From a bacterium (GTDB taxonomy: Bacteria > Zhuqueibacterota > Zhuqueibacteria > Oceanimicrobiales > Oceanimicrobiaceae), in assembly GCA_037446635.1 (NCBI GenBank), contig JBBIIG010000017.1, positions 1-18,139 on the forward strand: a stretch of 18,139 nucleotides of DNA, written 5' to 3'. The notes under the pieces are model-generated. The model saw nothing but the letters and a program-made list of their open reading frames with translations, was not told where the DNA came from and ran no database searches. The position numbers were made by a program, and so were the translations under genes. Shown in pieces: positions 15,565 to 18,139 of this stretch (positions are counted from its first letter, which is position 1; each line of letters opens with the position of its first letter).

Positions 15565-16471
15565 AAAAGAGATTAACAAATCAGTTCGAGTCGGCCCAGA
15601 TTTTGATAAGATTCGACGAAAGTATTTGAGATTACTTGCGGACTTTACAAAGCGAGATACAATAATCTATGCCTCGGGTTTTTTATCAAAGACTGCCCAA
15701 GGGATCCCCAATACCTTCATTTTGATCACCCACGTTGATGTACAAGGGTTTATGACAGCACTGCAAGGCATGAAAGGTGATAAGCTTGATTTGATATTGC
15801 ACAGCCCGGGAGGTTCTTTAGACGCCGCTGAGCAAATAATTTTCTATTTGAGGGAAAGGTACAGACACATAAGAGCTATTGTACCACAAAACGCAATGTC
15901 TGCTGCCACAATGATTGCTTGCGCGTGCGATGAAATACTAATGGGTAAGCATTCTGCCATTGGCCCGATTGACCCTCAAATGACTTTCCCAACCAAGAGC
16001 GGTTTATTTACTGCGCCAGCTCAGGCCATTTTAGACGAATTTGATCTGGCTAAAAGCGAAGTAATACAAAATCCGAAAACTGCACCGTTATGGGTAGAAA
16101 AAGTCAGGAATCTTCCTCCCGGTCTTTTGACGATGTGCCAAGATACGATACTTCTTTCGATTTTTAAAGTACGGGAGTGGCTTACAAAGTACATGTTTTC
16201 CGGAGATACAGACGGCGCCATTAAAGCGGAGCAAATTGCCGAGTGGTTGGGCAATGCGAAAGAACATCGTTCTCATGGCAGACCCATAAATTACAAGCTG
16301 GCACAGGAAAAAGGTTTGAGAGTCAGTTTAATTGAAGAAGATCAAAAGCTGCAAGAGGGGGTATTGTCTGTCTATCATGCAACGAATATCACTCTTGAAA
16401 ACACCAACTGCGTTAAATTTGTTGAAAATCATCAAGGCAAGGGATGGTTTTATAAAGTAAAGGTCAATTAA
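15542..16471 (+). CDS. ClpP-class serine protease (SDH / SppA-like family)
   Basis: DLILHSPGGS, AMSAATMIA (catalytic Ser), GPIDPQ, SHGRPI; AT-rich codon usage relative to the flanks. Confidence 0.88.
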   Translation: MPTRQLIEKEINKSVRVGPDFDKIRRKYLRLLADFTKRDTIIYASGFLSKTAQGIPNTFILITHVDVQGFMTALQGMKGDKLDLILHSPGGSLDAAEQIIFYLRERYRHIRAIVPQNAMSAATMIACACDEILMGKHSAIGPIDPQMTFPTKSGLFTAPAQAILDEFDLAKSEVIQNPKTAPLWVEKVRNLPPGLLTMCQDTILLSIFKVREWLTKYMFSGDTDGAIKAEQIAEWLGNAKEHRSHGRPINYKLAQEKGLRVSLIEEDQKLQEGVLSVYHATNITLENTNCVKFVENHQGKGWFYKVKVN

Positions 16472-16495
16472 ATACCACTTTTTTGTAGTGAGGTG

Positions 16496-16642
16496 TTACC
16501 GTTTACTGGCATGAAGAATCGTCAGTCCCACCACATCGTCGTTCTCGTAGCGCACAATTACATCGTCGTCGGTGAGCTCGCTATCGGTGGCAAAGCTGGG
16601 CTTCTTGAAATTAATGTAGCTTAAATATTTCTTGACTGCCAT
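16496..16642 (-). pseudogene. DUF2283-like small protein (48 aa), apparently internally deleted
   Basis: Read by hand: MAVKKYLSYINFKKPSFATDSELTDDDVIVRYENDDVVGLTILHASKR*. The C-terminal part fits the DUF2283 pattern, but the usual YDxEADxL segment before YINF is absent. Confidence 0.7.
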
Positions 16643-16659
16643 TTTCTATTTTTTATCTT
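16632..16659 (+). promoter_or_regulatory. Possible sigma70 promoter for the VOC gene
   Basis: TTGACT-N16-TATCTT, about 65 bp upstream of ATG 16726. Confidence 0.35.
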
Positions 16660-16725
16660 CAATCACTATTTCAATTCATCCTGTAAATTCTGCCCGAATT
16701 AGTCTTTCCAATAAGGAGACTACTC

Positions 16726-17100
16726 ATGACCCTTGAACGCATCCACCAAATTGCGGTATACGCCCGCGACCTCGACGAAGCGATCTCGTTCTATCGCGAT
16801 AAATTGGGCGCGCGTTTCATTCACAAGTTCGATCCGCCGGGCCTGGTTTTTTTTGATTTCTCCGGCGTGCGCGTGCTGCTGGAGAAAACGGGTCCGAAGG
16901 CGACGTTATATTTTTGGGTTGATGACATCGATGCGGCTTACGCCGAGCTGAAGTCAAAGGGAATCGAATTTCTCCAGGCGCCGCAACTTGTTCATCGCGA
17001 TGACGCGGGCGTTTTCGGAAAATCCGGCGCGGAGGAGTGGATGGCGTTTTTCTCCGATCCTTCGGGCAATGTGCTGGCGCTGGCTAGCCGACGGCCGTGA
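16726..17100 (+). CDS. VOC family protein (glyoxalase/bleomycin resistance/dioxygenase)
   Basis: RBS AAGGAG; IHQIAVYARDLDEAISFYRDKLG, LYFWVDDIDAAYAELKSKGIEF, FFSDPSGNVLAL. Confidence 0.92.
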   Translation: MTLERIHQIAVYARDLDEAISFYRDKLGARFIHKFDPPGLVFFDFSGVRVLLEKTGPKATLYFWVDDIDAAYAELKSKGIEFLQAPQLVHRDDAGVFGKSGAEEWMAFFSDPSGNVLALASRRP

Positions 17101-17248
17101 TGTTGTCTTACCTCCTTCATCGAATCAACAACATTTTCTGACCTTTCTTAATCATTAGTGATAGCTGAATTAGCTTCGTAAAGCGAAAGAGCGCCGAGGG
17201 CACTTGTTCCAATCGCTCCACGCCCTTCGTCCTCTCGCGCCTTCGAGA

Positions 17249-18139
17249 TCACTTCCGCTTCGCAATCGGCACATAGTCGCGCAAATCATACCCCGTGAAC
17301 ACCTGCCGCGGCCGGGCAATTTTCTGATCCTCATCTTCGAGCATCTCCTGCCACTGTGAGAGCCAGCCCACCGTGCGCGGAATGGCAAACAACACCGGGA
17401 ACATTTCTACCGGAAAGCCCATGGCCTGGTAAATGATGCCGGAATAGAAATCCACGTTGGGATACAGTTTGCGCTCCACGAAGTAGTCGTCTTCCAGGGC
17501 GATGCGCTCCAATTCCAGCGCAATGTCCAGCAGCGGATTCTTGCCGGTGACTTCGAAAACTTTGGGAGCCAGTTCCCGCAGTATGCGCGCGCGGGGATCG
17601 TAATTTTTATAAACGCGATGGCCGAATCCCATCAGCCGGATTTCTCCCGCTTTGGCGCGCTTGATATGATTTGGCACGTTGCTCTTGTTGCCGATTTCCT
17701 TCAACATGCGCAGCACCTGTTCGTTGGCGCCGCCGTGCAGGGGGCCGTACAACGCCGCCGCCGCGGACGCCACCGCCACGTAGGGGTCGGACTGCGAGCT
17801 GCCGACGCTGCGCATGGTGTTGGTGCTGCAATTTTGTTCGTGATCCGCGTGCAAGATGAACAGCACATCCAGCGCCTCCTCCAGAGTTTTGTTGGGCTGG
17901 TATTTCAACTCCGTCATCTTAAAAAGCATGTTGAGAAAGTTTCCGCTGTAACTGAGATCGTTATCGGGATAAACATAGGGCAGGCCCATGCTGTGGCGAT
18001 AGGCGAACGCCGCCAAAGTGGGCATCTTCGCCACTAACCGGTAAATCTCCTTTTTGCGAATTTCGGGATTGCGGACGTTTTTGGATTCCGGATAAAAAGT
18101 CGAAAGCGCGGCGACTGTGCTCACTAAAATTCCCATGGG
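17249..18139 (-). CDS. gltA: Citrate synthase, 5' part outside the window
   Basis: LHADHEQNCST, GPLHGGANE, LMGFGHRVYKNYDPRA, LYPNVDFYSG, IARPRQ; the frame is open to the window end. Confidence 0.97.
   Translation of the reverse strand, partial: PMGILVSTVAALSTFYPESKNVRNPEIRKKEIYRLVAKMPTLAAFAYRHSMGLPYVYPDNDLSYSGNFLNMLFKMTELKYQPNKTLEEALDVLFILHADHEQNCSTNTMRSVGSSQSDPYVAVASAAAALYGPLHGGANEQVLRMLKEIGNKSNVPNHIKRAKAGEIRLMGFGHRVYKNYDPRARILRELAPKVFEVTGKNPLLDIALELERIALEDDYFVERKLYPNVDFYSGIIYQAMGFPVEMFPVLFAIPRTVGWLSQWQEMLEDEDQKIARPRQVFTGYDLRDYVPIAKRK

Noticed and set aside
17101..17248. Intrinsic terminator between the convergent VOC and gltA genes
   Set aside because: Only a loose, heptamer-like imperfect inverted repeat (about 17180-17245) with no clean stem plus U-tract.
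1..18139. Autonomous mobile element, prophage, tRNA or rRNA
   Set aside because: No transposase, integrase, phage structural gene or structural RNA motif was recognised.

Overview
Bacterial chromosomal window, moderately GC-rich, with most genes on the + strand. A co-directional run encodes: the 3' end of a TonB-dependent receptor, a flavin-dependent halogenase-like enzyme, a small membrane protein plus sodium:solute symporter, a diheme cytochrome c, a GT4 glycosyltransferase with an N-terminal CxxC, a DMT-like membrane protein, a secreted NTF2-like protein, a secreted alpha/beta-hydrolase-TPR protein, a hotdog thioesterase, and a LolD-like ATPase with a 1176-aa double-FtsX permease. This looks like an uncharacterised small-molecule or lipid modification and transport cluster (inference). 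AT-rich accessory pieces interrupt or flank it: an MNT-HEPN toxin-antitoxin pair whose toxin has two in-frame TAA stops, a ClpP/SDH-class protease with a small upstream ORF, and a shortened DUF2283-like remnant missing from the ORF track. A VOC gene and a convergent partial citrate synthase close the window. At least six families of short palindromic (REP/MITE-like) repeats are present, three of them inserted in frame in the permease. The last 13 codons of the glycosyltransferase have a diverged duplicate just downstream. All calls come from reading motifs by eye; no searches were run.
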